Source: an uncultured Gammaproteobacteria bacterium
Lineage (GTDB): Bacteria > Patescibacteriota > Microgenomatia > UBA10105 > UBA927
Length of the DNA stretch: 64,000 nucleotides
Reading direction: 5' to 3'
Assembly (NCBI GenBank): GCA_964629685.1
Contig: CAZVTT010000003.1
Coordinates: 22,038 to 86,037, forward strand
Positions 20,292 to 29,960 of the stretch are shown piece by piece; the stretch's first letter is position 1; each line of letters begins with the position of its first letter. The notes beneath the pieces are model-generated. The model did not search any database. It saw only the letters and a list, made by a program, of their open reading frames with translations, and was not told the origin of the DNA. The position numbers and the translations under genes were made by a program.

Positions 20292-20915
20292 TTACTTTAA
20301 CCGAAACTCCACCTGCATGGATTTACCGTTGGAAAGACGGATCGGAAAATCTTCATCCTGATCCAGATTTCTGTTGCCGTTTACATCTTTTACTCCCAAA
20401 GCCAACATTCTGGCACCTGCCGGTAACGGAGCATATTCCTTGGCGCTATCATTTAACTTAATAGAGAAATCTATATATGTATCAGGCTCCAAATAAATGG
20501 TCGATGCGACAATCAGTACACCGTTGTTAAAATCAAACCACTTAACCACTAAAAAACCCGGCTCGGGAAGTACTAATTTCTTCACTCGTATACTGTTTTC
20601 TACAACCTGATCTTCTATTTCTATCGGGACGATATCCTGCTGGACCCGGGAATATCTCCAGTACGCAAAACCACCACCCGCGGTAGCCACCAATACGATA
20701 AGTATCACGGATACTAACAGCCAGGGGAACCGTTTTCCCGACGAAACCGCCGGAGAAACCGGAGGAGGCACCGGCGGCAGCGGAGCCGCAACCGGAGGCG
20801 TTGCCGGTGTCTGATACTGAATCTGCGGCGCGTACGGTGGCGGTGCAGCCGGCACGGGAACAACCCCGGAGGTATCCGGCGCAGGCATTGGGCTCTGCGG
20901 GGCAGGTTGATCCAT
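20292..20915 (-). CDS. Membrane-anchored protein with Pro-rich cytoplasmic N-terminus and an extracytoplasmic domain shared with 32737 and 33788
   Basis: 207 aa. PAPQSPMPAP..PPPYAPQ N-terminus. TM WLLVSVILIVLVATAGGGFAYW. Shared motif VLPEPGFLVVKW. Confidence 0.5.
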   Translation of the reverse strand: MDQPAPQSPMPAPDTSGVVPVPAAPPPYAPQIQYQTPATPPVAAPLPPVPPPVSPAVSSGKRFPWLLVSVILIVLVATAGGGFAYWRYSRVQQDIVPIEIEDQVVENSIRVKKLVLPEPGFLVVKWFDFNNGVLIVASTIYLEPDTYIDFSIKLNDSAKEYAPLPAGARMLALGVKDVNGNRNLDQDEDFPIRLSNGKSMQVEFRLK

Positions 20916-20995
20916 ATACTAACTATAATTCTTTACCTTTTTTTTATCTACCATGCCTATAGCTATTCAACGTCCGTGAGTCGGCTTCACAAGAT

Positions 20996-22078
20996 TTACG
21001 GCTGCGGTGGCTGAAACGTCCGGAGAAACTGATTACATGCATTCTGTTCACCCGCTTCAACCTCGTTACAAATCGCCAATCCATGTCTCAGCAACGCGTC
21101 GGACATTACACTCTTGGTTAATGCACCTTCTATACAAATACGTGTATCAACTGTATCCGTAAAAAGTTCACAAAAACCCACTATCTTCTCTGCGTTCCCC
21201 TTATGCTCGAAATACATCTCCTGACCAAGAACGGAGATACACCCCAGTCGCTCAAAATCCGGTACAACGTTACATGTACGGATTGCGAGATCATATGAAC
21301 GGGTTCGCCAATAGGTCAACATACCCGACCGCCAATAACAGACTTTCCGGACCAACGGATCAAGGCTCATACAAAAACCCAATGGATCTTCAGGAATCGG
21401 TTCGGTTTCATGTCCGAAACTCGATGCTTCAAATCGTTCCATTAACAACCCACTCATACAATGCTGTCTCTCGGCATCCTGAGAAAATTTGGCACAATAC
21501 TGTTGACCCTTCACTACGCTTGCAAGTCTGTTTCCTATTGCATGACCCAACGCGTGTATACACGGATAAATCTCGGGAGAGACACGACAAAGATGCGTAT
21601 ATTCCGTGTCAAAAAAGTCCGGCGTTAAGGTACCGTCTACTACGCCCATATAGCAACCGTATCCACACATGGGAGTACATTGCGCAAACGCCGTTTCCGG
21701 ATCACGCAGCAATCTAACGGCCGACTCACCGGCCTGATGGGCAAAATCGTGGCAACGTGATATACCGCCACTATCAGCATTATCTGAACGATTATATTCC
21801 TCCTCCGCTACCAGCAGCACTGTACGCAATCCAAAATCATGAATTGCCGTAAAAAGGGGTTTCTTCCAACAGGAATTCCATTCCGTTCGATTACCTAAAA
21901 ACCGTTCGCATGTATTCCAGTGTGCTTCTATATACTGTCTGGCGTCCGTATTTGCTTTGTACTGAGTCCATTGATCGAAATAAGCAAAAATGCCCATCAC
22001 ACAAAAAACAAGAATCATTACGGACAACGCTCGATGACGCAGATTAATGTGTTTCAGGATATGATGCATAAGAAGCAC
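20996..22078 (-). CDS. CH-family secreted Cys/His-rich repeat protein (subfamily F)
   Basis: 360 aa. Anchor ALSVMILVFCVMGIFAYF. Motifs RCHDFAHQAG, CGYGCYMGVVDG, PCIHALGHAIG. Divergent from the 22192 gene. Paralog of 27140 and 29961. Confidence 0.6.
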   Translation of the reverse strand: MLLMHHILKHINLRHRALSVMILVFCVMGIFAYFDQWTQYKANTDARQYIEAHWNTCERFLGNRTEWNSCWKKPLFTAIHDFGLRTVLLVAEEEYNRSDNADSGGISRCHDFAHQAGESAVRLLRDPETAFAQCTPMCGYGCYMGVVDGTLTPDFFDTEYTHLCRVSPEIYPCIHALGHAIGNRLASVVKGQQYCAKFSQDAERQHCMSGLLMERFEASSFGHETEPIPEDPLGFCMSLDPLVRKVCYWRSGMLTYWRTRSYDLAIRTCNVVPDFERLGCISVLGQEMYFEHKGNAEKIVGFCELFTDTVDTRICIEGALTKSVMSDALLRHGLAICNEVEAGEQNACNQFLRTFQPPQP

Positions 22079-22191
22079 TTGATGGTAATCATAAAAGATA
22101 GCTACTATCTCATCATAGTAGAGAGATAGTTAAACTCAAAAACCCCATGAATACAATTGCGTTTACACTACGGGAAATAAACACCCGTATC

Positions 22192-23772
22192 ATGCCGAAA
22201 CTTAACGAGGTACTGCGTAATCTTATTTTCCGGTATACCCATTTACCGCTGTGGACACTGGCCTTGGGATTCATGTGTCTTGTCTTAATCGGCCGTATAC
22301 CGCTTTTAAAATCCCCCACGCTTCCCATTAACGACGGAGGACTTTTTATCCCTGTTGTCAGAATGATACGGACGAACCCGCTTAGTTATCCCCAAAATAT
22401 GGGGTACAACCTCCCTATTCCCTTTGCTTACCCACCCCTGGGCATGTATCTGCTCGCAGCAATTTCTGCAGTCATTCCGAATGCAGAACTTCCGTTGTTT
22501 ACCCTCACACCATTTATTATTGCAATACTCTGCATCCCGCTCTTTTTTTTATTGGCATATTACCTGACAAAATCACGATCCATTGCCGGAATCGCTACGC
22601 TTATTACCGCCATTATCCCGGAAAGTTATCAGTGGATAATCATGGGAGCGGGTATCACCCGGGCTACAGGTGCTTTTTTTGCACTGTGCACCTTGGTAGC
22701 TGTAGTACTCTGGCAACAAAAACCGTCGAGACTGTTGTTTTGTCTGATAGGATTATTTTGCGGACTGGTATTCTTATCGCATCCGGATACATCCGTTTTT
22801 ATCGTTTATTCCGTTTGTATTTTTATACTTACAGATCAAACCGAAACACTTGTTCAACGGATACTTACCATTATGGGTATTCTGGGGATAGGCGGTATCA
22901 TCGCAGCCCCATGGCCTATACGGGTTATCACCTTCCATGGATTTACCCCGTATGCGTTTGTCGCTGAACTCCGACAACACAATGGTTTTCCGATGGAAAA
23001 TCTTATTTGGATACTGAGTAACGAACTCCAATATCGACTCCTGCTTGTTTCTGCGGCAAGTGGAATACTAATTGCCTATTTTACGAAATACAGAAGACTC
23101 ATCATCTGGGCAGCTGTCGTTCTCGTAGCAAGAGCAACCTCCATGATTTCATTCGATGTTTTTCCATTAGCACTCTTAGCCGGTATAGGGTTAACTACTC
23201 TACCGGTAATCTTCACAAAACAGATATACCGACAAACGTATAAAGCAATAGTAATCATGTTTCTGCTTTTCTCGTTCCCATGGTCAGTACAAACGGTATC
23301 GGAACGGTTTACCAGATTAAGATCCGATGATATCAGTGCACTTGAATGGGTCAAACAATTTACTCCGCAGTCTGCACGGTTTATTCTCATTTCATCACAA
23401 CCGGATTGGTGGAAGGATGCAGTACCGGAATGGTTTCCGGCGATTACTGGACGAATAAGTCTGGTTACCGTACAAGGCTCCGAATGGACTCCATTCACCG
23501 AACATCACCGTACCATCCTGTTCCATCAGGCAATCCGGCGCTGTAATCAAAGCACAATAGCTTGTATAGAATCTGCAGCAACTTTAGCAGCACTACCGTT
23601 TTCTCATCTCTATCTCGTAAAACACAAAGATCAACCCGGAGTTGGAGATTATTGTCCTCTGCTTCTGCATTCAATACGTAATTCCGCTAATTATCGGGTA
23701 ATTTTTGGAAATGAAGCAGCAGAAATATGGGAAAGAACAGACACACTCCCCAGCTCTAAACCTTCCACTTGA
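22192..23772 (+). CDS. Polytopic membrane protein, NDGG-loop family (GT-C-like); paralog of 28411..29955
   Basis: Track ORF starts at 22147. Start moved to the Met at 22192 (MPKLNEVL) from alignment with the paralog and because a TACAAT box at about 22152 lies downstream of 22147. Motif LPINDGGLFIPVV. C-terminus KDQPGVGDYCPLLLHSIRNS is shared with the paralog. Confidence 0.5.
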   Translation: MPKLNEVLRNLIFRYTHLPLWTLALGFMCLVLIGRIPLLKSPTLPINDGGLFIPVVRMIRTNPLSYPQNMGYNLPIPFAYPPLGMYLLAAISAVIPNAELPLFTLTPFIIAILCIPLFFLLAYYLTKSRSIAGIATLITAIIPESYQWIIMGAGITRATGAFFALCTLVAVVLWQQKPSRLLFCLIGLFCGLVFLSHPDTSVFIVYSVCIFILTDQTETLVQRILTIMGILGIGGIIAAPWPIRVITFHGFTPYAFVAELRQHNGFPMENLIWILSNELQYRLLLVSAASGILIAYFTKYRRLIIWAAVVLVARATSMISFDVFPLALLAGIGLTTLPVIFTKQIYRQTYKAIVIMFLLFSFPWSVQTVSERFTRLRSDDISALEWVKQFTPQSARFILISSQPDWWKDAVPEWFPAITGRISLVTVQGSEWTPFTEHHRTILFHQAIRRCNQSTIACIESAATLAALPFSHLYLVKHKDQPGVGDYCPLLLHSIRNSANYRVIFGNEAAEIWERTDTLPSSKPST

Positions 23773-23841
23773 CTTGTATTTCAGATCACATTAATCTAAG
23801 GATATCCGAATGTCTTTCGGAAATTTGATCTTATTTATTCC

Positions 23842-24405
23842 ATGGCAAAATCTAAAGACGTTAAACCTGAGCCACAAAAAGCTCCATCGAATATTCCCGT
23901 GTTTTTTGTCATCGGTATCGTCCTCGTCGGAGCAGCAGCCTGGTGGTACAGTACCGGATACAAAGGTCCGAAAATAGGATCTCCCAAAGTTACCGTTACC
24001 CCACCACCCGACGGTTCAGGAGTACCGACCGGTCCAACCCCCACGCCAACGATGACGGAATTATTTCAGGGTGAACTTTCCTATACCATTGGGTATAGCT
24101 CAGACGCCAAAGGACCAAAAACCCGACAGGCGCTCTTTCAACCGCATGCACCAAAGCAGGGAGCGGAACAAACCATTACCGTAGACGTTTCACATACGGC
24201 GCCCGTAGACAGCGTAGAAATGACCGTCCTGACGGATACGAAATCAGTGACCGTTCCCATGAACATGATTTCCGGCTCGAAAACAGACGGAAAATGGCAG
24301 GCAAAATGGAAAGTAAACGATACCTATAACTACAAATTTATTTTCCAGTTTACCAGCAAAAGCGGTTCCCTTACGGACGTAGCCAGTGTGGGTATCCGCC
24401 AATAA
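23842..24405 (+). CDS. Membrane-anchored secreted hypothetical protein
   Basis: 187 aa. TM IPVFFVIGIVLVGAAAWWY. Pro/Thr-rich linker PPPDGSGVPTGPTPTPT. Immediately upstream of the Hint-domain gene. Confidence 0.5.
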   Translation: MAKSKDVKPEPQKAPSNIPVFFVIGIVLVGAAAWWYSTGYKGPKIGSPKVTVTPPPDGSGVPTGPTPTPTMTELFQGELSYTIGYSSDAKGPKTRQALFQPHAPKQGAEQTITVDVSHTAPVDSVEMTVLTDTKSVTVPMNMISGSKTDGKWQAKWKVNDTYNYKFIFQFTSKSGSLTDVASVGIRQ

Positions 24406-24406
24406 C

Positions 24407-25516
24407 ATGAAAACTCATACTACTTCTCTTCTTTCGTTCATTGCGTTAGGTATCATTGCGGGAATGATATTTGCCGTTAAGCCACAACTGGTTGATGCTG
24501 CCTGCAATCTGAACAACACGTTTAAAGGAAACGTTACCATTTCCGCCAACTGTACTATAGATGCCAATACTATCGAAGGATTGGATCAGGCTCAGGGAAC
24601 CGAAGGACAAACGACCAACGCTGCAGTGCTCACGGTTAACAATAACGCCACCCTTACCATTGCCGCAGGTACTACCCAAACTACCACGGTTATTCCCGGA
24701 ACCATAGTGCTTACCGGAGGCGGTAGAGTCAGTATGGCAAATAGTAACACCAGAATTCTCACCAATTCCCCAACCTGGATTGGAGACCGTGACGCAGATG
24801 GTTATATGGCCAGCGCAACGGCATTTGCATCAACTGCGAGTGCCAGACGCCGCAGGGGACTCATGCGGGATTCCACCAACGACTGTAACGATGTTTCGTA
24901 TCATATGTATAACGTATGTTATGCGTATGGACAGGGCTACTATCAGGCGTATTACTACGGCTATGGTCAGGGCTACTATCAGGCGTATTACTACGGCTAT
25001 GGCCAAGGCTACTATTACGGCTACGGTCAGGGGTACTATTATGGCTACGGCCAAGGCTACTATTACGGCTACGGTCAATCCTGGTATTACGGCTACGGTC
25101 AATCAGCCTACTACTGTTTCCTGGAAGATACAGAAATCCTCATGGCAGACGGATCACGGAAGGCAATTAAAGACGTCCATGTCGGCGATATGGTGCAATC
25201 ATATGACACTGCTACCGGATCATTTAAGGCAGACCGTGTAGTCGCTCACATCGTTCACCCACAGGTAGACGGAACGTATCTTACGGTAAACGGCAATCTG
25301 CACGTAACGGCAAACCATCCGGTCTATATCAACGGGTCGTGGCAGGACATGGGTAATGCTCGAGTCGGTGACACCCTGGTCAATGACGCAGGACAAACGG
25401 TCACGATCACCTCCATTACCGAATCTGAACCGGGTATTCATGATCTGTATAACCTGCACCTCGCAGGAAAAGATCATAACTACTTCGCCGAAGGCGTGTT
25501 GGTTCACAACAAATAA
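24407..25516 (+). CDS. Secreted protein: signal anchor, Thr/Asn-rich beta-rich region, Tyr/Gly-rich tandem repeat, C-terminal Hint (bacterial intein-like) domain
   Basis: Track ORF starts at 24386. The Met at 24407 (MKTHTTSLLSFIALGIIAGMIFAV) follows the upstream stop directly. Hint block A is CFLEDTEILMADGSRKAIKDVHVGDMV (Cys codon at about 25115). TxxH block is LHVTANHPVYI. Terminal block is NYFAEGVLVHNK followed by stop. Confidence 0.7.
   Translation: MKTHTTSLLSFIALGIIAGMIFAVKPQLVDAACNLNNTFKGNVTISANCTIDANTIEGLDQAQGTEGQTTNAAVLTVNNNATLTIAAGTTQTTTVIPGTIVLTGGGRVSMANSNTRILTNSPTWIGDRDADGYMASATAFASTASARRRRGLMRDSTNDCNDVSYHMYNVCYAYGQGYYQAYYYGYGQGYYQAYYYGYGQGYYYGYGQGYYYGYGQGYYYGYGQSWYYGYGQSAYYCFLEDTEILMADGSRKAIKDVHVGDMVQSYDTATGSFKADRVVAHIVHPQVDGTYLTVNGNLHVTANHPVYINGSWQDMGNARVGDTLVNDAGQTVTITSITESEPGIHDLYNLHLAGKDHNYFAEGVLVHNK
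24926..25113 (+). repeat. In-frame tandem repeat of 24-33 nt encoding about 7 copies of YGYGQGYY(QAY)Y
   Basis: tacggctatggtcagggctactat(caggcgtattac) reiterated with synonymous variation immediately before the Hint Cys codon. Coordinates by eye. Confidence 0.7.
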
Positions 25517-25563
25517 CCCGCTAATGTGTAATACATCATAGCGGAGTTATTTTATCCCAAGAG

Positions 25564-25569
25564 TATAAT
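25564..25569 (+). promoter_or_regulatory. Candidate -10 box TATAAT 6 nt upstream of the 25576 ATG (leaderless-type)
   Basis: gagTATAATtgccccATG. No Shine-Dalgarno sequence. Confidence 0.3.
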
Positions 25570-25575
25570 TGCCCC

Positions 25576-27132
25576 ATGAAGATAGTTAAGGGAAACAACC
25601 GACCGTATTTTCTGGCGCTCTGTATATTCGGTATCAGCTTTCTTTTTCAGAGTCGAAATATTTTCCTTGAACCATACAATGCATACGAAATCCGTCAGTG
25701 GGAAACGTATGCTGTTATCCGTGATTATGCCGTAAACAATACTCCGTTTCTTTCGCCCCGGGCCAGTCAGATTTATTCTCCGGAACACAAACCGGAAGAG
25801 CGGTATTTCCTGTTGGACTTTCCCTTATACTCCTATACGTCTGCACTGGTAGCACGGATCACCGGAGTATCGTTCTTTCCTGCCAGGCTGGTAAATAGTA
25901 TTGCCACTGCCGCAACCACAGTGGTATTGTTTTCCATTGCGGTATTTCTAACCCACAAAAAATCCATAGCTATTCTCGCAGCTATTATATTTAATACCGC
26001 CGCAGCTACCGCATTTCTTTCGGTAGCAGTACAACCGGATATGTTTATGCTGCTGTTCCTTACGGCGGCTTGGTATACCCTGCTCCGACGATCAAAAAAC
26101 GACTTGTGGTATGGATTGATGTTCACCACCATCGCAGTCTTACTGAAAACCTATACGCTGCTCATCTTGGTTCCAACCATTTCGTATCAACTTTGGACCA
26201 CAAAAGACAAGCGATATTTGTGGTATTTCATTATTCCGCCGCTCGCGTATAGTGGCTGGATTTTACAAAAACTGGGAACGGATAGTTTTACCTGGTGGTG
26301 GATTCCCGCACCGCAAAGTATTTGGTGGGACAGACAAGCATACAGTACGTCATTTTTGGCGGGTATACGGCATACGAATGCCATTGCGTATATCCGGGAA
26401 ACAGTTCAACGACTCTTCAGCGGCGGAATACTCACTGCTCCCCAATTCATACTCATGTGTATCGGAATCATAACACTCCGGAAAAAACATGGGGCAGCAA
26501 GTCGACAGCTGCTGCTTTATTTCATCGGATCTGTCTGCTTTTTTTTCGCAGTTCTGAGGGGGAATAATTTACACGTCTACTATCCTCTGCCGTTGGCTCC
26601 CATGGCGGCCATCGCCACCGCATACGGCCTTATCGTTACTGTAGATTTGTTACGGCATTTACTTTTTTCCGATAGTCTGCAGAAGCAGTATCGCGGTATT
26701 TGTCTGGGAATACTTATGCTCGTTGGCTTGTATATTCATGTTGCCTACACCCATGTCAGAACGGTCACACTACTACGCCAACATGAAATATACCGCTTTG
26801 CAGCCAATTGGACCAAAAGTCAAACAATCGTTCCGCCGGGTGCCACGATTGCCTTATTCCATGAAGAAGCGTCACCGGTGTTTTTAGCCATGATGAACCG
26901 CGTAGGTTGGCCGCTAAAATATCAGAATATTACCTGCCCGGATCATGAAGCCACACTTCGTCAACTGCAACCGGATTATATTATTATTTATGCACTTACA
27001 CACAACGCACCCGAAGACATGAACTGGATAGATGATCAGACGCTTATTTCGTGCTTACAACATATAACCGGTTCTCAACCGCTATTTAGCAAACAACGAA
27101 TAACCGTATTCCGCTATCCACGGAAAGAATGA
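25576..27132 (+). CDS. Polytopic membrane protein, GT-C-like (putative lipid-carrier glycosyltransferase)
   Basis: 518 aa with about 11 hydrophobic helices. Acidic first-loop segment FLEPYNAYEIRQWE. Confidence 0.45.
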   Translation: MKIVKGNNRPYFLALCIFGISFLFQSRNIFLEPYNAYEIRQWETYAVIRDYAVNNTPFLSPRASQIYSPEHKPEERYFLLDFPLYSYTSALVARITGVSFFPARLVNSIATAATTVVLFSIAVFLTHKKSIAILAAIIFNTAAATAFLSVAVQPDMFMLLFLTAAWYTLLRRSKNDLWYGLMFTTIAVLLKTYTLLILVPTISYQLWTTKDKRYLWYFIIPPLAYSGWILQKLGTDSFTWWWIPAPQSIWWDRQAYSTSFLAGIRHTNAIAYIRETVQRLFSGGILTAPQFILMCIGIITLRKKHGAASRQLLLYFIGSVCFFFAVLRGNNLHVYYPLPLAPMAAIATAYGLIVTVDLLRHLLFSDSLQKQYRGICLGILMLVGLYIHVAYTHVRTVTLLRQHEIYRFAANWTKSQTIVPPGATIALFHEEASPVFLAMMNRVGWPLKYQNITCPDHEATLRQLQPDYIIIYALTHNAPEDMNWIDDQTLISCLQHITGSQPLFSKQRITVFRYPRKE

Positions 27133-27139
27133 AACGCGG

Positions 27140-28318
27140 TTAGTTTCCTAAACATCGTGCCGCGTCTGCAGGAGCCAATGTGTTACACACTGTTTTTCTG
27201 TTCCGTTCACCGTTCGGGCTGTTGAGAATATTTTCCCCCAGCGTATCGAAACAAAATGTACGGAGTTTATCTTTGGCCATACCACACAGTTCTACCCCAT
27301 GCCTGGCAGTTCCCTCAGAAATAACACTGCTGGCGAGCGCTCCTTCAATACATTTTTCGCGCCGTGTGTCATCCGGAAAACCGTAACAGAACGGAAATAA
27401 TTTTTCCGCATCGCCCCGTACGGTATAGTACATTTCCTGTCCTAACGTAAAAATACATGCCATTTTCTCCATATCGGATACGGATTCGCAGGCTGCTACC
27501 GCTGCGGAGATGTCGGATGTTCGTAAATACGCCATAAACCCAGCCCTTCGATAGCATATGGCCCGTCCGTCACCATCAGGCAATGTTTTACAGAACGCGG
27601 TCATGTCCGCAGGGATTGGCAGTAACGCATGACCGTAATCGCTGGCTTCAAACCGCTCCATAAATAACCCGCTCACACATTGCTGCCTGTCTTCGGATTG
27701 GGAAAGTCGGATACAATACCCTACCGCATCTTCTATTGTTCCTATCCGGTCTCCTATTGCATGCCCCAAAGCGTGATAACACGGTTTAGGATAGGCATCG
27801 TCGCTGCAAACGGACGCGTACTCCCGGTCAAATTGTTCATTAGTATGAAAATACCCTTCCAGCACCCCCATAAAACACCCGTACCCGCAAAATGGCGTAC
27901 ATGACTGGAATGCTTTTTGCTTATCCTTCAGCATGTTCATTCCGGTTTTTCCTGCTACGTGAGCTAGATCATGACAGGCAGTGATGCCCCCGGAACCGGA
28001 ATAATCATTTTGGGACAACATGGTTTCTATACCACGCAACACCGGCGTAAGACCCCAGCGGGAAATCGCGTCCGGTAACGACTTCTGCCAGCATTGAACC
28101 CATTTTACCCGATCGGTTACGACTTCACTGCATACCCGCCACTGTCGCTCCATTTCCGTCCGTATTTCTACGGCTTGGATATTAGCCTGACGAATTCCCG
28201 CAAGGTGCAGGAAAAAGTAACCGATCAACACAGCAAAGACAAATACCGATACGCCTACCGGCAATCGTTTATTTCGGATACTGTTTCGTAAGGTCTTCAC
28301 CATAAAATCACCGTACAC
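27140..28318 (-). CDS. CH-family secreted Cys/His-rich repeat protein (subfamily F)
   Basis: 392 aa. Anchor LPVGVSVFVFAVLIGYFFL. Motifs ACHDLAHVAG, CGYGCFMGVLEG, PCYHALGHAIG. Divergent from the 28411 gene. Confidence 0.6.
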   Translation of the reverse strand: MYGDFMVKTLRNSIRNKRLPVGVSVFVFAVLIGYFFLHLAGIRQANIQAVEIRTEMERQWRVCSEVVTDRVKWVQCWQKSLPDAISRWGLTPVLRGIETMLSQNDYSGSGGITACHDLAHVAGKTGMNMLKDKQKAFQSCTPFCGYGCFMGVLEGYFHTNEQFDREYASVCSDDAYPKPCYHALGHAIGDRIGTIEDAVGYCIRLSQSEDRQQCVSGLFMERFEASDYGHALLPIPADMTAFCKTLPDGDGRAICYRRAGFMAYLRTSDISAAVAACESVSDMEKMACIFTLGQEMYYTVRGDAEKLFPFCYGFPDDTRREKCIEGALASSVISEGTARHGVELCGMAKDKLRTFCFDTLGENILNSPNGERNRKTVCNTLAPADAARCLGN

Positions 28319-28410
28319 TACTTGCTATTGTTATACAATCGCATCGGTATTACGGTGTGATCACATACTTCTGCTCCGTGTACATTCTGCTAAAATTTCC
28401 GCATACAGAT

Positions 28411-29955
28411 ATGATACCTACCAATAAACTCATCCGCCGGATACAAACTTTGCCGCTTTACCACCTTATACTGCTGATTACCGTTCTTGTCTTCATAGGA
28501 AGAGTTTCCCTACTCTCATCCCGTCTTCCCATAAATGACGGAGGCATTTTTTTATCTTTGGTCCAAACACTCAGCAAACATATATGGCAGCATCCCGAGA
28601 CATTGGGATATAACCAAAGCGCCATTCCGTTTGCCTATCCCCCGTTGGGAATATATATCCAGGCAATAATTACCCGTATATTGCCGCTTACAGCTCTTGC
28701 CCTCTTTACGCTTGTACCGTTTTTCGTATCACTCTGCTGTATTCCGGTTTGGTTTTATCTTTCGTACCGTATTACCGGATCCAGGAGTATTGCCGTTTTC
28801 AGCACATTGCTGGCTGCCGGCATTCCGGAAAGTTTTCAGTTATTGATCATGGGTGCCGGTATCACCCGGGCCTGGGGAACACTATTTGGATTACTGTTAC
28901 TGGTATGCATCGACGCATGGCAGCAATCAGGAAAACGAAAATGGTATCTGCTTAGCGGAGTCTGTTTGGGGTTGGTAGTAATTACCCATCCGGACGCCAC
29001 GGTGTTTAGTGCGATTATCGGGACGTTGTTTTGGTTCCGGCGGACAAAAAAAATTACTCCCCGAAGCCTTCCCGGATATATTGGAATTGGTAGTATTGCC
29101 GGAATCATTGCCGCACCATGGATGCTGTCGGTGATTCAAACCCATGGCCTTAGTCCCTTCGCTGCCGCTTCCCAAACCAGACGATTCACTGAACTGCTGG
29201 CTTCAAATATATTCTGGATTTTTAAAATAGAATTTCCATACCGCTGGTTGCTGCTGTTTACCTGCATTGGCATATACGGTACCTTAAAACAAAAGCGCCA
29301 TATCTTCCTTCTCGTCTGGCTTATCTTGGCAATCACCATCCGCTCCAATTCCATGCTGACATTTGATATCTTCCCGTTTGCGCTGTTGGGGGGCATTGGT
29401 ATTTCCGCTGCAGCACGACTATTCTTCAATGCCAAATTGGTATTGCACTATTATGTCTACTGTCTGATTTTTATGAGCTTAACCCTTTTTTGGTCGGCTG
29501 CATATATCGGAAAAACCATACCCAGATTGCAGCAAACGGATTACGAACTGTTTGCCACAATCCGTAAGGAAACTCCCCCAACGGCATCTTTTCTGATTAT
29601 TACCCCGGAAAAAAATTGGTGGAATGACCACATACCCGAATGGTTTCCTGCACTCACCGACAGAAAAAGTATCCTTACGGTACAGGGAACCGAGTGGTTA
29701 CCGCAGCACGAAATTAACCGCCGGATCAAATTTTACCAGGAGATCCGCCGCTGTAACACCGAAGATGTTGAATGCATAGAATATGCTTCCCGCAATAACG
29801 GCGTATCATTCACACATATTTATATGGCTCTGGCAAAGGATCAACCAGGTGTTGGAGACTACTGCCCGTTACTCTTGCGTAGCATCCGCACGTCTTCGCG
29901 GTATCGGGAAATGAACGGCACCACAACCGGTGCCGTTTGGGAACGGATAGAATAA
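28411..29955 (+). CDS. Polytopic membrane protein, NDGG-loop family (GT-C-like); paralog of 22192..23772
   Basis: The track ORF starts at a GTG at 28357. ATG at 28411 (MIPTNKLIRRIQTLPLYHL) preferred, with a TAAAAT box at about 28391. Motif LPINDGGIFLSLV. C-terminus KDQPGVGDYCPLLLRSIRTS. Confidence 0.5.
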   Translation: MIPTNKLIRRIQTLPLYHLILLITVLVFIGRVSLLSSRLPINDGGIFLSLVQTLSKHIWQHPETLGYNQSAIPFAYPPLGIYIQAIITRILPLTALALFTLVPFFVSLCCIPVWFYLSYRITGSRSIAVFSTLLAAGIPESFQLLIMGAGITRAWGTLFGLLLLVCIDAWQQSGKRKWYLLSGVCLGLVVITHPDATVFSAIIGTLFWFRRTKKITPRSLPGYIGIGSIAGIIAAPWMLSVIQTHGLSPFAAASQTRRFTELLASNIFWIFKIEFPYRWLLLFTCIGIYGTLKQKRHIFLLVWLILAITIRSNSMLTFDIFPFALLGGIGISAAARLFFNAKLVLHYYVYCLIFMSLTLFWSAAYIGKTIPRLQQTDYELFATIRKETPPTASFLIITPEKNWWNDHIPEWFPALTDRKSILTVQGTEWLPQHEINRRIKFYQEIRRCNTEDVECIEYASRNNGVSFTHIYMALAKDQPGVGDYCPLLLRSIRTSSRYREMNGTTTGAVWERIE

Positions 29956-29960
29956 ATCCG

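Noticed and set aside
24780-25241. ORFs 24780..25241 (+), 24830..25102 (-) and 24916..25170 (+) over the YG repeat
   Set aside because: They are alternative-frame readings of the tandem repeat (Ala/Val/Ile/Leu/Arg-rich periodic peptides). The Hint-domain frame is the coherent one.
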